The position numbers were made by a program, and so were the translations under genes. A DNA stretch of 60,613 nt from an uncultured Gammaproteobacteria bacterium (GTDB lineage: Bacteria; Patescibacteriota; Microgenomatia; UBA8517): contig CAZVJU010000002.1 of NCBI GenBank assembly GCA_964627195.1, forward strand, positions 1 through 60,613, read 5' to 3'. Positions 19,044 to 28,300 of this stretch are shown one piece after another (the stretch's first letter is position 1; each line of letters starts with the position of its first letter). The notes beneath the pieces are model-generated. The model worked only from the letters and a program-made list of their open reading frames with translations, made no database searches and was not told the DNA's origin.

Positions 19044-19623
19044 TTAACTTTTTCGCTAGGTTTTTCTTCTTCATCAACAAAGCCACATAGCCATAGTTAT
19101 CAATTTTAGTTAAATTGAGTTTCAGATTTCTCGCGAGAGATTTCAACTCTACCAAAGTTTTTTTACAACCCCTGATGTCCTTCTTTGCTTCAATTTCAAC
19201 GAAATACCCAAGGTTTTTGACATTATCTAAAGCAAACTCAAAGCTTCCTTTATATACATACGTTTCCCTTCTTTTGTTAACTGTAATGAATTTCTTAAAA
19301 TTCAAAGCTCTTAGTATTTTTATTAGCTGATAGGGGTTTTCGATTTTGGTCTCGTACTCATCAGCATAAAGACGCTCGCCCTCTCGACTATAGTGGTGGT
19401 ACTTATAGTTAAAACTCCCAGATGTTCCCCTTTTTCTAACTCTTAAATACTCTAGAGGATGTTTAAGTGTTAAAAAATCCCGATGAGGAGAATTGAAATA
19501 ACTATCTATTTCTTGAGATGAAGAAACAAATCTAGCGTTCTTCTTTAAAAATCGCCTAATTTCCTCAAAAAGTTTTTTACTTACAGGAATTTTAATTTCC
19601 ACCTCAACACCATCTTTAGCCAT
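19036..19623 (-). CDS. CYTH-domain protein (triphosphate tunnel metalloenzyme / CyaB-like)
   Basis: ExExK signature (VEVEIKIP) at the N-terminus and YFVEIE near the C-terminus. Overlaps the downstream HhH-GPD gene by 8 nt. Confidence 0.7.
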   Translation of the reverse strand: MAKDGVEVEIKIPVSKKLFEEIRRFLKKNARFVSSSQEIDSYFNSPHRDFLTLKHPLEYLRVRKRGTSGSFNYKYHHYSREGERLYADEYETKIENPYQLIKILRALNFKKFITVNKRRETYVYKGSFEFALDNVKNLGYFVEIEAKKDIRGCKKTLVELKSLARNLKLNLTKIDNYGYVALLMKKKNLAKKLNA

Positions 19624-19697
19624 AAAGAAGTTATACTTCCTAACATTTACCGAAGTCGATACTTAAAAGCCATTGGAGTGGATAGTATAATAAATTT

Positions 19698-19982
19698 ATG
19701 ACCAAGAAAAAGGACTGGTCCTCGGAAGTTACTAAAAGAAGTATTGCGCTTGATTTGGAAGAAGGAGTGTTTACTTGGAATGATCCTGAAAAAATAGCAG
19801 AGAGTCTCAAAACTTCTGCTGAAAATAGTATGCGAAGAAAAGCTCCACCTTTCCAATCCGCGATGAGCATGCTCAATTTTTACATTAATCGCGCTGGGAA
19901 AAAACTGGACCCTGAGAAAAAGGGTGTCCTCGAGCAAGCAAAGATCGAACTTAGAAAGTTATGTGGACGGGCAAACATATAA
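19698..19982 (+). CDS. small conserved protein, DUF3175-like
   Basis: The FQSAMSMLNFYINRAGKKL segment resembles the DUF3175 family as I recall it. Not verifiable without a database search. Confidence 0.45.
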   Translation: MTKKKDWSSEVTKRSIALDLEEGVFTWNDPEKIAESLKTSAENSMRRKAPPFQSAMSMLNFYINRAGKKLDPEKKGVLEQAKIELRKLCGRANI

Positions 19983-20025
19983 GGAAGTCTAATAAAAATT
20001 CTTTCAACAAGATATAATATATTTT

Positions 20026-20406
20026 ATGAAAACTATTAAGAAAGAGTGTCACATAATGGCTCCGCTAAATGCTGTTTGGGATGCACTCGTAAATCCTAAA
20101 ACAATCGACAAATGGGGTGGCGGACCTGTAAAAATGAGTGAAAGAAAAGAAAAATTTTCACTTTGGGATGGAGAAATCCACGGAACTAATCTAGAAGTAA
20201 TTCCACACAAAAAATTAGCTCAAGAGTGGTATTCAAGCGACGATCCGAATCACGCAACACAAGTTACTTTTACTCTAACTCATAAGGGTAATTGCACTAC
20301 ACTTTATTTAAAACACGAAAAGGTCTCGGACAAAAATTATGATTCGATAAACGAGGGCTGGGAATTATACTACCTTGGAGAAATTAAAAAGCTTTTAGAG
20401 GGTTAG
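20026..20406 (+). CDS. SRPBCC / AHSA1-like domain protein
   Basis: Typical N-terminus (APLNAVWDALVNPKTIDKWGGGP) and the size expected for Aha1-like SRPBCC proteins. Confidence 0.65.
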   Translation: MKTIKKECHIMAPLNAVWDALVNPKTIDKWGGGPVKMSERKEKFSLWDGEIHGTNLEVIPHKKLAQEWYSSDDPNHATQVTFTLTHKGNCTTLYLKHEKVSDKNYDSINEGWELYYLGEIKKLLEG

Positions 20407-20456
20407 AAAATATTAACGGATTATCCCAGATAATTTGAAGGTAAATTAATAACTTA

Positions 20457-20549
20457 TTAGGTAGATATCAAAACCAGTCCTCCAATTATTGCTAAAATTC
20501 CAACCGTCTTATTTCGATCAATTTTCTCTTTTAAAAATACTTTAGTCAT
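20457..20549 (-). CDS. possible 30-aa single-TM micropeptide
   Basis: Hand-translated MTKVFLKEKIDRNKTVGILAIIGGLVLIST. Its ATG at 20549 overlaps the last codons of the upstream gene, just before that gene's TAA stop (20542..20544). No other support. Confidence 0.25.
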   Translation of the reverse strand: MTKVFLKEKIDRNKTVGILAIIGGLVLIST

Positions 20550-20883
20550 TTACTAATTCCTCGGTCGGTATTATACGACTGCGAGTTTTTTTGTTTTTTG
20601 GAAAACCGGTCGGGAGTAAATAACCCTGCCAATCGCCTTCACCGATTGCAAGCTCTAAATGAAGTTGGTCTACTAACTTTGGTTCATCTTTAACGCTGTA
20701 GATTCTATATTCTCCTTTTGCCAATTTTTGATCGGTTTTGTGACCACGGTGTGTAGCAACTAGAATTTCACCAATTGATTTTGTAAATATCCAAACAAAA
20801 GTTTTCTTGTCAAGTCTCAAGACTTTTACGTCATTTCTGGTTTCAACTAACGAATATTTTCCTTTTTCCAAAAGTTTAATCAT
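20542..20883 (-). CDS. hypothetical protein
   Basis: Clean 113-aa ORF. Its first 48 nt are duplicated at 21703..21750. Confidence 0.5.
   Translation of the reverse strand: MIKLLEKGKYSLVETRNDVKVLRLDKKTFVWIFTKSIGEILVATHRGHKTDQKLAKGEYRIYSVKDEPKLVDQLHLELAIGEGDWQGYLLPTGFPKNKKTRSRIIPTEELVND
20836..20883. repeat. 48-bp perfect direct repeat, copy A (5' end of gene 20542..20883)
   Basis: TCTGGTTTCAACTAACGAATATTTTCCTTTTTCCAAAAGTTTAATCAT is identical to 21703..21750. Confidence 0.95.
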
Positions 20884-20993
20884 TTTTCCAATAAATCTTG
20901 TCGATCTATAAAAATAGTCAAAGTGCTTCCGCGAAATCTTTTTGTTCAGGTTATATTATTATCCCCATTTCGACAACAAATATGATTACAACT

Positions 20994-21686
20994 TCAGTCA
21001 AACAATTTAAAGCTTTTATAAAAAGTCTCAAATTCAATTAAGTCTTCTGCCCCATTTCCTATCTCATAAATTCTATTTCCACTCTGAATTAGAACCGCTT
21101 TCGAAATCCAATCATTATATTCATTAGTTGTAACTGTAATTAGGATTGCATTAACTCCATTAAGGGTAATTTGTTGTCTTTTCTCCTTTCTGTCTGCGAA
21201 TTGTGCACCATGTTTCTGGATTAGCTCTTCTGGGTCAACAGAATCATATACATTGATGCCCCACACAAGACCACCAGCTTTTGTACAGGATGGACCAAAA
21301 GCAACGTGGTATAACCATCCTGTTTTTTGATAGTTACCCTTTTTATCAAAAACGTACTTTTCGGAATAACTCCAAGGGTTTTTCAGGCAATTCGAATCTG
21401 TTTGTCTTAGTTTATCTGGATAACCAAGAGCGAATTTAAAATCCTCGTTAACAAATGTCTTCCACCCAGCAGGAATATCCAATTTTAATTGAAACGGCGT
21501 CAATGATGGTTCCTTAATTTTCAAACTCTCACCACATCCACCTTCCGGCTTCGGAGAACTCGGATTCCCATGTTTCACCCACTCCCCATTTTGGCAAATC
21601 CAGTTATCCTCGTTTCCACCAACCAAAAACCTAGCAAGAAAGATAGCCGATATAAGAAACAAAGAAATAAGAAGAATTTTCTTCAC
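20994..21686 (-). CDS. secreted or membrane-anchored hypothetical protein
   Basis: N-terminal signal/anchor MKKILLISLFLISAIFLARFLVGG (GTG start). No recognisable catalytic motif. Confidence 0.5.
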   Translation of the reverse strand: MKKILLISLFLISAIFLARFLVGGNEDNWICQNGEWVKHGNPSSPKPEGGCGESLKIKEPSLTPFQLKLDIPAGWKTFVNEDFKFALGYPDKLRQTDSNCLKNPWSYSEKYVFDKKGNYQKTGWLYHVAFGPSCTKAGGLVWGINVYDSVDPEELIQKHGAQFADRKEKRQQITLNGVNAILITVTTNEYNDWISKAVLIQSGNRIYEIGNGAEDLIEFETFYKSFKLFD

Positions 21687-21702
21687 ACTTCGATTATACT
21701 AC

Positions 21703-21750
21703 TCTGGTTTCAACTAACGAATATTTTCCTTTTTCCAAAAGTTTAATCAT
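21703..21750. repeat. 48-bp perfect direct repeat, copy B (orphan gene-start fragment)
   Basis: Identical to 20836..20883. On the minus strand it encodes MIKLLEKGKYSLVETR followed by VV-stop. Lies 5 nt downstream of the CYTH-like gene stop. Confidence 0.95.
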
Positions 21751-21755
21751 AATAC

Positions 21756-22310
21756 CTAGTCAAACTGGTGAGGTTTTTGGTGATAACGATCGTTAATTTT
21801 GTTAACTTCTTCTAGAGACAAATCTGCAATGAAAGGAGGATAAATACCCTTCGAATCTGTTACTTCCTTCCCAAACCAATGAGGAGTTTTAAAATTTTTG
21901 AAGGTGGATATAGAAGGAAATTCTACTTCTATAACATTCAGGCCCTCAAGATTGTCTTTATAAAAATCAACTTCAGCGATTAATTTATTTTGCAGAGGAT
22001 AAAAGTATCGAATCTTTCTTATTTTTTTATCAGCTTTCTCCCAAAGTTTTGAAAATTCACTTTCACTTAACTTTTTAGTCTCCTCACGATTATATCCTGT
22101 CTCTTGGGGATTTTTGACAAATGTTTTTATTGTATAAGTATAAACCCCTTCCTTTTCCCTGATCCTAACATCCTTCACATTAGGATCTGTACTTGCTAAA
22201 TATGCCTGGCGAATCTCGGTAGATGTATACTTAGATAAATCCTTAGGTAGTTGTTTGACTAACCATGCAAGCTCCAGTTCCAACGTCTGCTTATCCATAA
22301 AAATTTCCAT
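21756..22310 (-). CDS. CYTH-like domain protein (degenerate active site)
   Basis: LELELAWLVKQLP aligns with the EIERKFLV...LP start of CYTH proteins. Also RIREKEGVYTYTIK and VIEVEF strands. The ExExK Lys is missing. Confidence 0.5.
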   Translation of the reverse strand: MEIFMDKQTLELELAWLVKQLPKDLSKYTSTEIRQAYLASTDPNVKDVRIREKEGVYTYTIKTFVKNPQETGYNREETKKLSESEFSKLWEKADKKIRKIRYFYPLQNKLIAEVDFYKDNLEGLNVIEVEFPSISTFKNFKTPHWFGKEVTDSKGIYPPFIADLSLEEVNKINDRYHQKPHQFD

Positions 22311-22340
22311 CCAATTATACCAAATGAAAACCTTCTTTTC

Positions 22341-22778
22341 TTAAGGATTTTTCTTGGCAAATATCCAACCGGCAACAACTGCTTCGACTAATCCTGAAAA
22401 AGACCAAGTTACAATCATCGCTAATGACACCTGGAAACTCGAATATGTTATAAACATTCCTGGAATTCCTGCAATAACCCAATAAGCTAAACCAAACTTG
22501 TAGGCCCTTTCAATGGCAGTTTTTCCTTCAACAAGACTCTTTGTCTTGTCCCAAATCCAAGCCAAAACAATTCCCAAAAGAAATGGGTATAGGAAAAACA
22601 AACTCATCAAGGGATCACTCCATGGCCGAAAAATAGAGGGGTTAACATATTCGTTTGCAATAGCAGGAGATAGAAAGTTATAAACTTGTGATAAAACCAT
22701 CCTAACTACTAAATTAGCAACTCCTGCAAAAATTCCCAGGACAGCAATTTTCTTCACCACTATCACCCCCTTTCTCAT
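22341..22778 (-). CDS. small integral membrane protein
   Basis: Four hydrophobic helices. No motif recognised. Confidence 0.45.
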   Translation of the reverse strand: MRKGVIVVKKIAVLGIFAGVANLVVRMVLSQVYNFLSPAIANEYVNPSIFRPWSDPLMSLFFLYPFLLGIVLAWIWDKTKSLVEGKTAIERAYKFGLAYWVIAGIPGMFITYSSFQVSLAMIVTWSFSGLVEAVVAGWIFAKKNP

Positions 22779-22783
22779 TTATT

Positions 22784-23779
22784 TTAGCTCTTTTGTAAAA
22801 TAGTCTGTGACTCGTTTTGCTGTAAACTTTTGTAGTACTCTATTGTCCGCTTCAATTCTTTGTCCAAAGACACCCTGGGTTTCCATTCCAACATTCTTTT
22901 TGCTTTCGAAATGTCAGGACGTCGTCTTTTGGGATCATTTTTCGGAAGTTTTTTGAATACGATTTTTGATTTTGAGCCGGTCAGCTTTTTTATTTTCTCG
23001 GCAAGTTCTAAAATCGTCCACTCCTCCGAATTTCCCAGATTAACTATTTCGCCTTTCAATCTATTTTTAAACATTACCTTCTCAATTCCCCTGACTAAAT
23101 CGGAAACATAACAAAACGAACGGGTTTGGCTTCCGTCGCCGTAAATAGTTAACGTTTTTTCTTCCAAGACTTGGTTTATGAAGTTACTTACAACCCTCCC
23201 GTCATCCTTTTGCATCCGCGGTCCGTACGTATTAAAAATTCTCACTATTCGGGCATCGAGGCCATACTTTTGAATATAAACATAAGTCAGTGTTTCCCCA
23301 AAACGTTTACCCTCATCGTAACAGGAACGGGGTCCAAATGAATTTACATTTCCCCAATAAGTTTCTTTCTGGGGATGCATGAGCGGATCTCCATACACCT
23401 CAGAAGTTGAAGCAAACAAAAACCTCGCTTTATTTTTTACTGCTAGCCTTAGCATATTAATAGTACCCAGCGAATTTACCAAAGCTGTTTCTTCAGGATA
23501 GTTTTGGTAATCAACAGGTGAAGCGGGAGATGCCAAATGAAAGATAAAAGAAACATCCCCCAATTTTTTACTTGCTGAATTACTAAATGGCTGAACAATA
23601 TCCTGCTTTAGAAAAGTAAATTTTTTACTACCCAGAAGATGTGTAATATTTTTCTTAGAACCAGTTATAAGATTGTCAACACAAACAACTTCTAATCCCC
23701 TCTTAACTAATGCATCACAAAGATGGCTTCCAATGAACCCTGCGCCTCCGGTAACTAAAACTTTTTCCATCTTCAACAT
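22784..23779 (-). CDS. UDP-glucuronate decarboxylase / UDP-xylose synthase (NAD-dependent epimerase/dehydratase family)
   Basis: Start moved to ATG 23779 (MLKMEKVLVTGGAGFIGSHL). Contains CYDEGKRFGE (YxxxK) and overall UXS-like sequence. The long upstream extension has no homology features. Confidence 0.8.
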   Translation of the reverse strand: MLKMEKVLVTGGAGFIGSHLCDALVKRGLEVVCVDNLITGSKKNITHLLGSKKFTFLKQDIVQPFSNSASKKLGDVSFIFHLASPASPVDYQNYPEETALVNSLGTINMLRLAVKNKARFLFASTSEVYGDPLMHPQKETYWGNVNSFGPRSCYDEGKRFGETLTYVYIQKYGLDARIVRIFNTYGPRMQKDDGRVVSNFINQVLEEKTLTIYGDGSQTRSFCYVSDLVRGIEKVMFKNRLKGEIVNLGNSEEWTILELAEKIKKLTGSKSKIVFKKLPKNDPKRRRPDISKAKRMLEWKPRVSLDKELKRTIEYYKSLQQNESQTILQKS

Positions 23780-23957
23780 TATATCTTCTTTTAAACTTTT
23801 GAGTCGTGATAAACTTAAAGTGTACTTATGGAAACTGTTTTTAATCAAAGTATTTGGGGTGACCCACCTTATTTCCGCACTCGGCTTTTCAGTTCTATTC
23901 GAACACGCCTCGTGCCGAAATTTATCGGTGGGCAAGCGAAGGGTTTAGACAACTAGT

Positions 23958-25325
23958 ATGGAAAATGTGTTCAACCAGAGTATATGGGGCGATGAGGGTT
24001 TTAGTGCAATTTTGTCGATGAAGGCACTTCCGGATATCCTAAAAATAATATCGAGAGATACTTCCCCGCCCCTCTGGAATATTTTTGAACATTTAGTTTT
24101 TCAATATCTGGGAACCGGTGAGATGTACATTAGAGGTTTGTCCTTTACTTTCTTTCTGGGTGCAGTCTTTTTTACTTACAAAATAGGCTCGTTTTTATTT
24201 AGCAAGAAAACCGGTTTCCTAGCAGCTTTACTTACTTTCTTAAATCCATTTTTCTTTACTTACGCTTTTGAGGGCCGTATGTATTCCATCTTAGCTCTCG
24301 GGGTAACCGCCTCGATGTATTTTTACCTGAGAATATTTAATACCGAAGAAGGCATTAGGAGGCGTGACAAGGTTGGATATGTCATTGCAACTCTTTGGGC
24401 ACTATACTCACACCACTTTGCATTTTTTGCAGTCGCAATTCAGGGATTATGGTGGCTTTACGAATTAACTTTGGGTAAAAGGATTAGGGTAAAAAAAATG
24501 TTTAAGATTTTTTTAATTACCGCAGCAGGCTATCTTCCCTGGCTATACCCTCTCTATACTCAAACAAAAATGGTTTCCGGTGGCTTTTGGCTCGGAACGC
24601 CAACCATTCATGATCTCAGAAACATTATCTATGACTATTTGGCAGAAGGACTAAAAGACGAAGGTCTAAAACTCCCGATCCTGGATATGACTCTTTATCA
24701 TGCATCTTTGTACGTAGTTTTTGCGGCTTTGGTACTGCGGAAATGGTGGAAAAACATTAAAAAAACAGTACTTCTTTTGTTTTGGTTTTTGGGACCAATA
24801 GCTCTAACATGGTTCATCTCGCAAAAATTCCAGTCGATATTTTTTAACCGATATCTACTTTATACAATCCCGGCCGCGATGCTTATCCTAGTTTCTTCCA
24901 GAAGCAAACTTTCTATTATTTCCTTGGCTATTCTGGTACTTTTCTTTGGGATTATTGATTATCACTATTTCACTCACCCAACCAAACTGCCGTTCCGGCA
25001 ATACTCGGAGTATGTAAAAAGTGAGCTAACAGAAGGTGACTTTTTGATTAACTGGAATTCTTCAAGTCACCATCTTTGGGAAACAAAATACTACGGAATT
25101 CCGGCTCCCATTTATATACAACCTACCGGCGGCAATCTTCCTTTCTTCGTTGGAACAGCTCTGATGGCAGAGAATGATGTAATCCGCGAAATTCCGGAAG
25201 GAGTCGAAAGAGTCGGTGTCGTCACCAGTGGGTCAATTGAAGAAATAATTCTGCCAGGTTATACTGAAAGTGGAACTAAAACGTTTGAAGGTTTGAAGTT
25301 CATACTTTATGTCAAGCATAAATAA
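23958..25325 (+). CDS. GT-C fold membrane glycosyltransferase (ArnT/PMT, GT39/GT83-like)
   Basis: Multi-pass membrane protein with a DE motif in the first loop (WGDEGFSA). Similar in layout to the next gene. Confidence 0.6.
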   Translation: MENVFNQSIWGDEGFSAILSMKALPDILKIISRDTSPPLWNIFEHLVFQYLGTGEMYIRGLSFTFFLGAVFFTYKIGSFLFSKKTGFLAALLTFLNPFFFTYAFEGRMYSILALGVTASMYFYLRIFNTEEGIRRRDKVGYVIATLWALYSHHFAFFAVAIQGLWWLYELTLGKRIRVKKMFKIFLITAAGYLPWLYPLYTQTKMVSGGFWLGTPTIHDLRNIIYDYLAEGLKDEGLKLPILDMTLYHASLYVVFAALVLRKWWKNIKKTVLLLFWFLGPIALTWFISQKFQSIFFNRYLLYTIPAAMLILVSSRSKLSIISLAILVLFFGIIDYHYFTHPTKLPFRQYSEYVKSELTEGDFLINWNSSSHHLWETKYYGIPAPIYIQPTGGNLPFFVGTALMAENDVIREIPEGVERVGVVTSGSIEEIILPGYTESGTKTFEGLKFILYVKHK

Positions 25326-26814
25326 GCTCTTAACAAAACTCCACACCCCGACTTGGCTATTTATACTATTGATAATAGTCTTTGTCCTTCGTATTCCATC
25401 TTTCTTCGAACCTTATGCATACGGAGATGAGATGATTTATCTCACTCTGGGCGAAGCAATTCGCCGGGGCATACCTTTATATAGCGAAATCCATGACAAT
25501 AAGCCTCCCCTTCTTTATGTTATGGCAGCTATCGCAGGAAACCTTTTTTGGTTCAAGGCCTTTTTGACTTTATGGCTTCTGACTACAGTTTTTATTTTTT
25601 GGAAATTGACAGAGGTTCTCTTTCCACAAAACCGTAGAGCGCAAAAGATAGCTACAATTATCTTTGCACTTCTTACAACACTTCCACTTCTTGAAGGAAA
25701 TATCGTCAATGCGGAACTTTTCATGATCGGGCCTATAATCTTGGGATTTGTTATTCTCCTTTCACAAAAACTTACGCAGAAAAATTTGTTTCTTTCAGGA
25801 GTACTTTTTTCCTTTGCGACTCTTTTTAAACTCCCCGCTGCCTTCGATATTCCTGCGATCATTTTCTTTTGGCTTGTGACAACGAAATTCACAAGCAACA
25901 ACTTAAAACTTATAAGTAAGAGGGCTCTTACGCTTTTAGCTGGATTTGCAATACCTATTGTCATAACTTTTTTCTGGTATTTCCTGCAGGGAGCGTTCAA
26001 AGAGTACTTAGTAGCAGCATTTTTGCAAAACTTTGGCTATCTCTCAAGCTGGCGACCGGGAGATGTCCAAAAGTCCTTCTTTATCCGAAATTTACCATTA
26101 TTATCGCGTACAACAGTTCTCTTTCTGGGATTTTTAGTTCTTTATGGCACCCGAAAAAAGCTTTCTAGAGAATTTCTTTTCGCAACAATATGGTTACTCT
26201 TAACTCTTTTCGCTGTAACACTTTCTGAACGTCCGTACCCACACTATCTTGTACAATCAATTCCGCCTTTTTCACTGTTATTGAGTATGTTTTTTGCACG
26301 CAAAGACGAAGAACAAGTTCTTGTTATCTTACCCATATCCTTAGCTATTTTTGTTCCTTTCTACTTTAACTTCTGGCATTACAATACCATTCCTTACTAT
26401 GTGAGATTTGTCAGGTTTGTATCCGGAAATATATCCTATGAGCAATATCTTTCTTCTTTCGGATCTCAAGTACCTAGAAATTATAAAATTGCTGCCTACT
26501 TGGTTTCGTCTACCAGCAAAGAAGAAAAAGTTTTCGTCTGGGGAGAAGGCTCTCCTATCTATGCTCTTAGTAAAAGATTTCCTCCCGGAAAATATGTAAC
26601 TGACTATCACATAAAAGATTTCTCATCTACCGAGGAAACAGTAAGCACCCTTTCTCAAAACTTGCCCAGTTTCATAGTCATATTACCCGACTCAGAACCC
26701 CTCTTCAAATTAGAAACACTCCTGTCCAAAAACTACGGACTTACGGAAACTATTGACGAAGCCCAAATCTGGAAACTCCTTAATCCCAAAGTCAGAGCTT
26801 TTCTTTCCTCGTAA
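25309..26814 (+). CDS. GT-C fold membrane glycosyltransferase (ArnT/PMT-like), second copy
   Basis: At least 10 TM helices with a first-loop AYGDEMIY motif. Overlaps the previous gene by 17 nt. Confidence 0.6.
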   Translation: MSSINKLLTKLHTPTWLFILLIIVFVLRIPSFFEPYAYGDEMIYLTLGEAIRRGIPLYSEIHDNKPPLLYVMAAIAGNLFWFKAFLTLWLLTTVFIFWKLTEVLFPQNRRAQKIATIIFALLTTLPLLEGNIVNAELFMIGPIILGFVILLSQKLTQKNLFLSGVLFSFATLFKLPAAFDIPAIIFFWLVTTKFTSNNLKLISKRALTLLAGFAIPIVITFFWYFLQGAFKEYLVAAFLQNFGYLSSWRPGDVQKSFFIRNLPLLSRTTVLFLGFLVLYGTRKKLSREFLFATIWLLLTLFAVTLSERPYPHYLVQSIPPFSLLLSMFFARKDEEQVLVILPISLAIFVPFYFNFWHYNTIPYYVRFVRFVSGNISYEQYLSSFGSQVPRNYKIAAYLVSSTSKEEKVFVWGEGSPIYALSKRFPPGKYVTDYHIKDFSSTEETVSTLSQNLPSFIVILPDSEPLFKLETLLSKNYGLTETIDEAQIWKLLNPKVRAFLSS

Positions 26815-26874
26815 AGCAAAAGTTTCCTTTAATTGGCCCAAACTAGTTTGATTTGCTAAAATTAAGCAAATAGA

Positions 26875-27225
26875 ATGACAAAAAACAAAGAAAGTTCTGC
26901 AAAAATTCCATTAAAAAATTTTATTCTTTTTTCGATTATGCTTAGTGTTCTCGGGATTTTTTTCATTTTCCTCTTACAAGCTAACCTTCCTCCAGAAGTA
27001 CCTCTTTTTTACGGTCTGCCTGAGGGAGAGGAACAGCTAACTTCATCGGCAAGGCTTGTAATTCCATTGACTCTATCTATCTTTATCACTATTATCAACT
27101 TTATTATTATACTTTTTTTAAGAAACTCTTTTTTACAGAAAACCTTAGTACTGGTTTCTTTTGCAATAAGCATTCTTTCATTTTTAACTACTCTCAGAAT
27201 TGTTTTACTGGTGGGAAGTTTTTAG
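26875..27225 (+). CDS. small membrane protein
   Basis: Three hydrophobic helices. Located inside the glycan cluster. Confidence 0.4.
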   Translation: MTKNKESSAKIPLKNFILFSIMLSVLGIFFIFLLQANLPPEVPLFYGLPEGEEQLTSSARLVIPLTLSIFITIINFIIILFLRNSFLQKTLVLVSFAISILSFLTTLRIVLLVGSF

Positions 27226-27229
27226 TTAA

Positions 27230-28300
27230 ATGGTAAATTTAATTACTCTTTTATTGCTGCCTCTCTTAATAGCAGCTCTAGTTACTTATTTTGCCACTCC
27301 CATTATTATTCGTTTTGCGGATAGATTGAAAATTGTCGATGACCCCAAAAAACATTTACATCCAAAAGTGATCCATACTTATCCGACACCAAGAGGAGGA
27401 GGGGTTCCTTTATTTTTAGGCATTCTTATCACCTCAATCCTTTTTCTACCAATTGATAAACACCTCTTAGGCATTCTTATCGGAGCTCTTATCCTTACAG
27501 CTCTCGGACTACTTGACGACAGATACGATCTCAGTCCCTACAAAAGACTTGTAATTCAATTCACTGTGGCCGCAATACCAATTGCGGCAGGAATTGGTAT
27601 TTCCTTTATTAAAAGTCCTTTTAATGGAATAATCGATCTCTCCTTTCCCCGACTAACGTTTCAGTTATTGGGTGAAGAAAAAAGTATATGGATCCTGTCT
27701 GATCTGTTTGCTATTTTCTGGATGGTAACCCTAATGAATTTTATCAATATGGGTGCGAGCGGTCTGGACGGCCAACTCTCCGGTACAGTAGCAATCGCTG
27801 CAATAACTATCGCACTTCTGTCACTGCGCTTTAGTGCTGATATTACCCAATGGTCAGTAACTATTCTTGCAGCAATTACTACTGGTGCATACCTAGGGTT
27901 TCTTCCTTGGCATAAATTTCCTCAAAAAATTATGCCTGGTTTTGGGGGTTCCACCCTTGCTGGCTTTATGCTTGGAATTTTGTCGATTCTCTCTACCACA
28001 AAAGTCGGAACACTTATGGTTGTACTCGCGGTTCCCCTTGTAGACACCGGCTACACTCTTATAAGAAGGGTTGCGAAAGGACGCTCTCCATTCTGGGGAG
28101 ATCGAGGTCATCTTCACCACAAGTTACTTGATTCCGGTTGGAGTAAAAGAAAAGTTGCATTTTTTTATTGGGGTTTAACTGCTACCTTAGGGATTTTCGC
28201 TCTAAATTTGAACGCCTCTTTCAAGTTCTATACAATGGTAGGGGTCTCAATTTTTATCGGAGGATTATTATTGTGGTTAACGCACAAACAGAAAACATAA
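27230..28300 (+). CDS. polyprenyl-phosphate sugar-1-phosphate transferase, GT4 MraY/WecA family
   Basis: LLDDRYDLSPYKRL and NFINMGASGLDG motifs. Multi-pass topology. About 356 aa, as in WecA/TagO. Confidence 0.8.
   Translation: MVNLITLLLLPLLIAALVTYFATPIIIRFADRLKIVDDPKKHLHPKVIHTYPTPRGGGVPLFLGILITSILFLPIDKHLLGILIGALILTALGLLDDRYDLSPYKRLVIQFTVAAIPIAAGIGISFIKSPFNGIIDLSFPRLTFQLLGEEKSIWILSDLFAIFWMVTLMNFINMGASGLDGQLSGTVAIAAITIALLSLRFSADITQWSVTILAAITTGAYLGFLPWHKFPQKIMPGFGGSTLAGFMLGILSILSTTKVGTLMVVLAVPLVDTGYTLIRRVAKGRSPFWGDRGHLHHKLLDSGWSKRKVAFFYWGLTATLGIFALNLNASFKFYTMVGVSIFIGGLLLWLTHKQKT

Noticed and set aside
28168-28272. The ORF-track start of the UbiA-family gene inside the WecA/MraY-like gene
   Set aside because: It would overlap the preceding gene by 133 nt, and that segment has no UbiA-like sequence. 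GTG 28273 is a more plausible start, though still uncertain.
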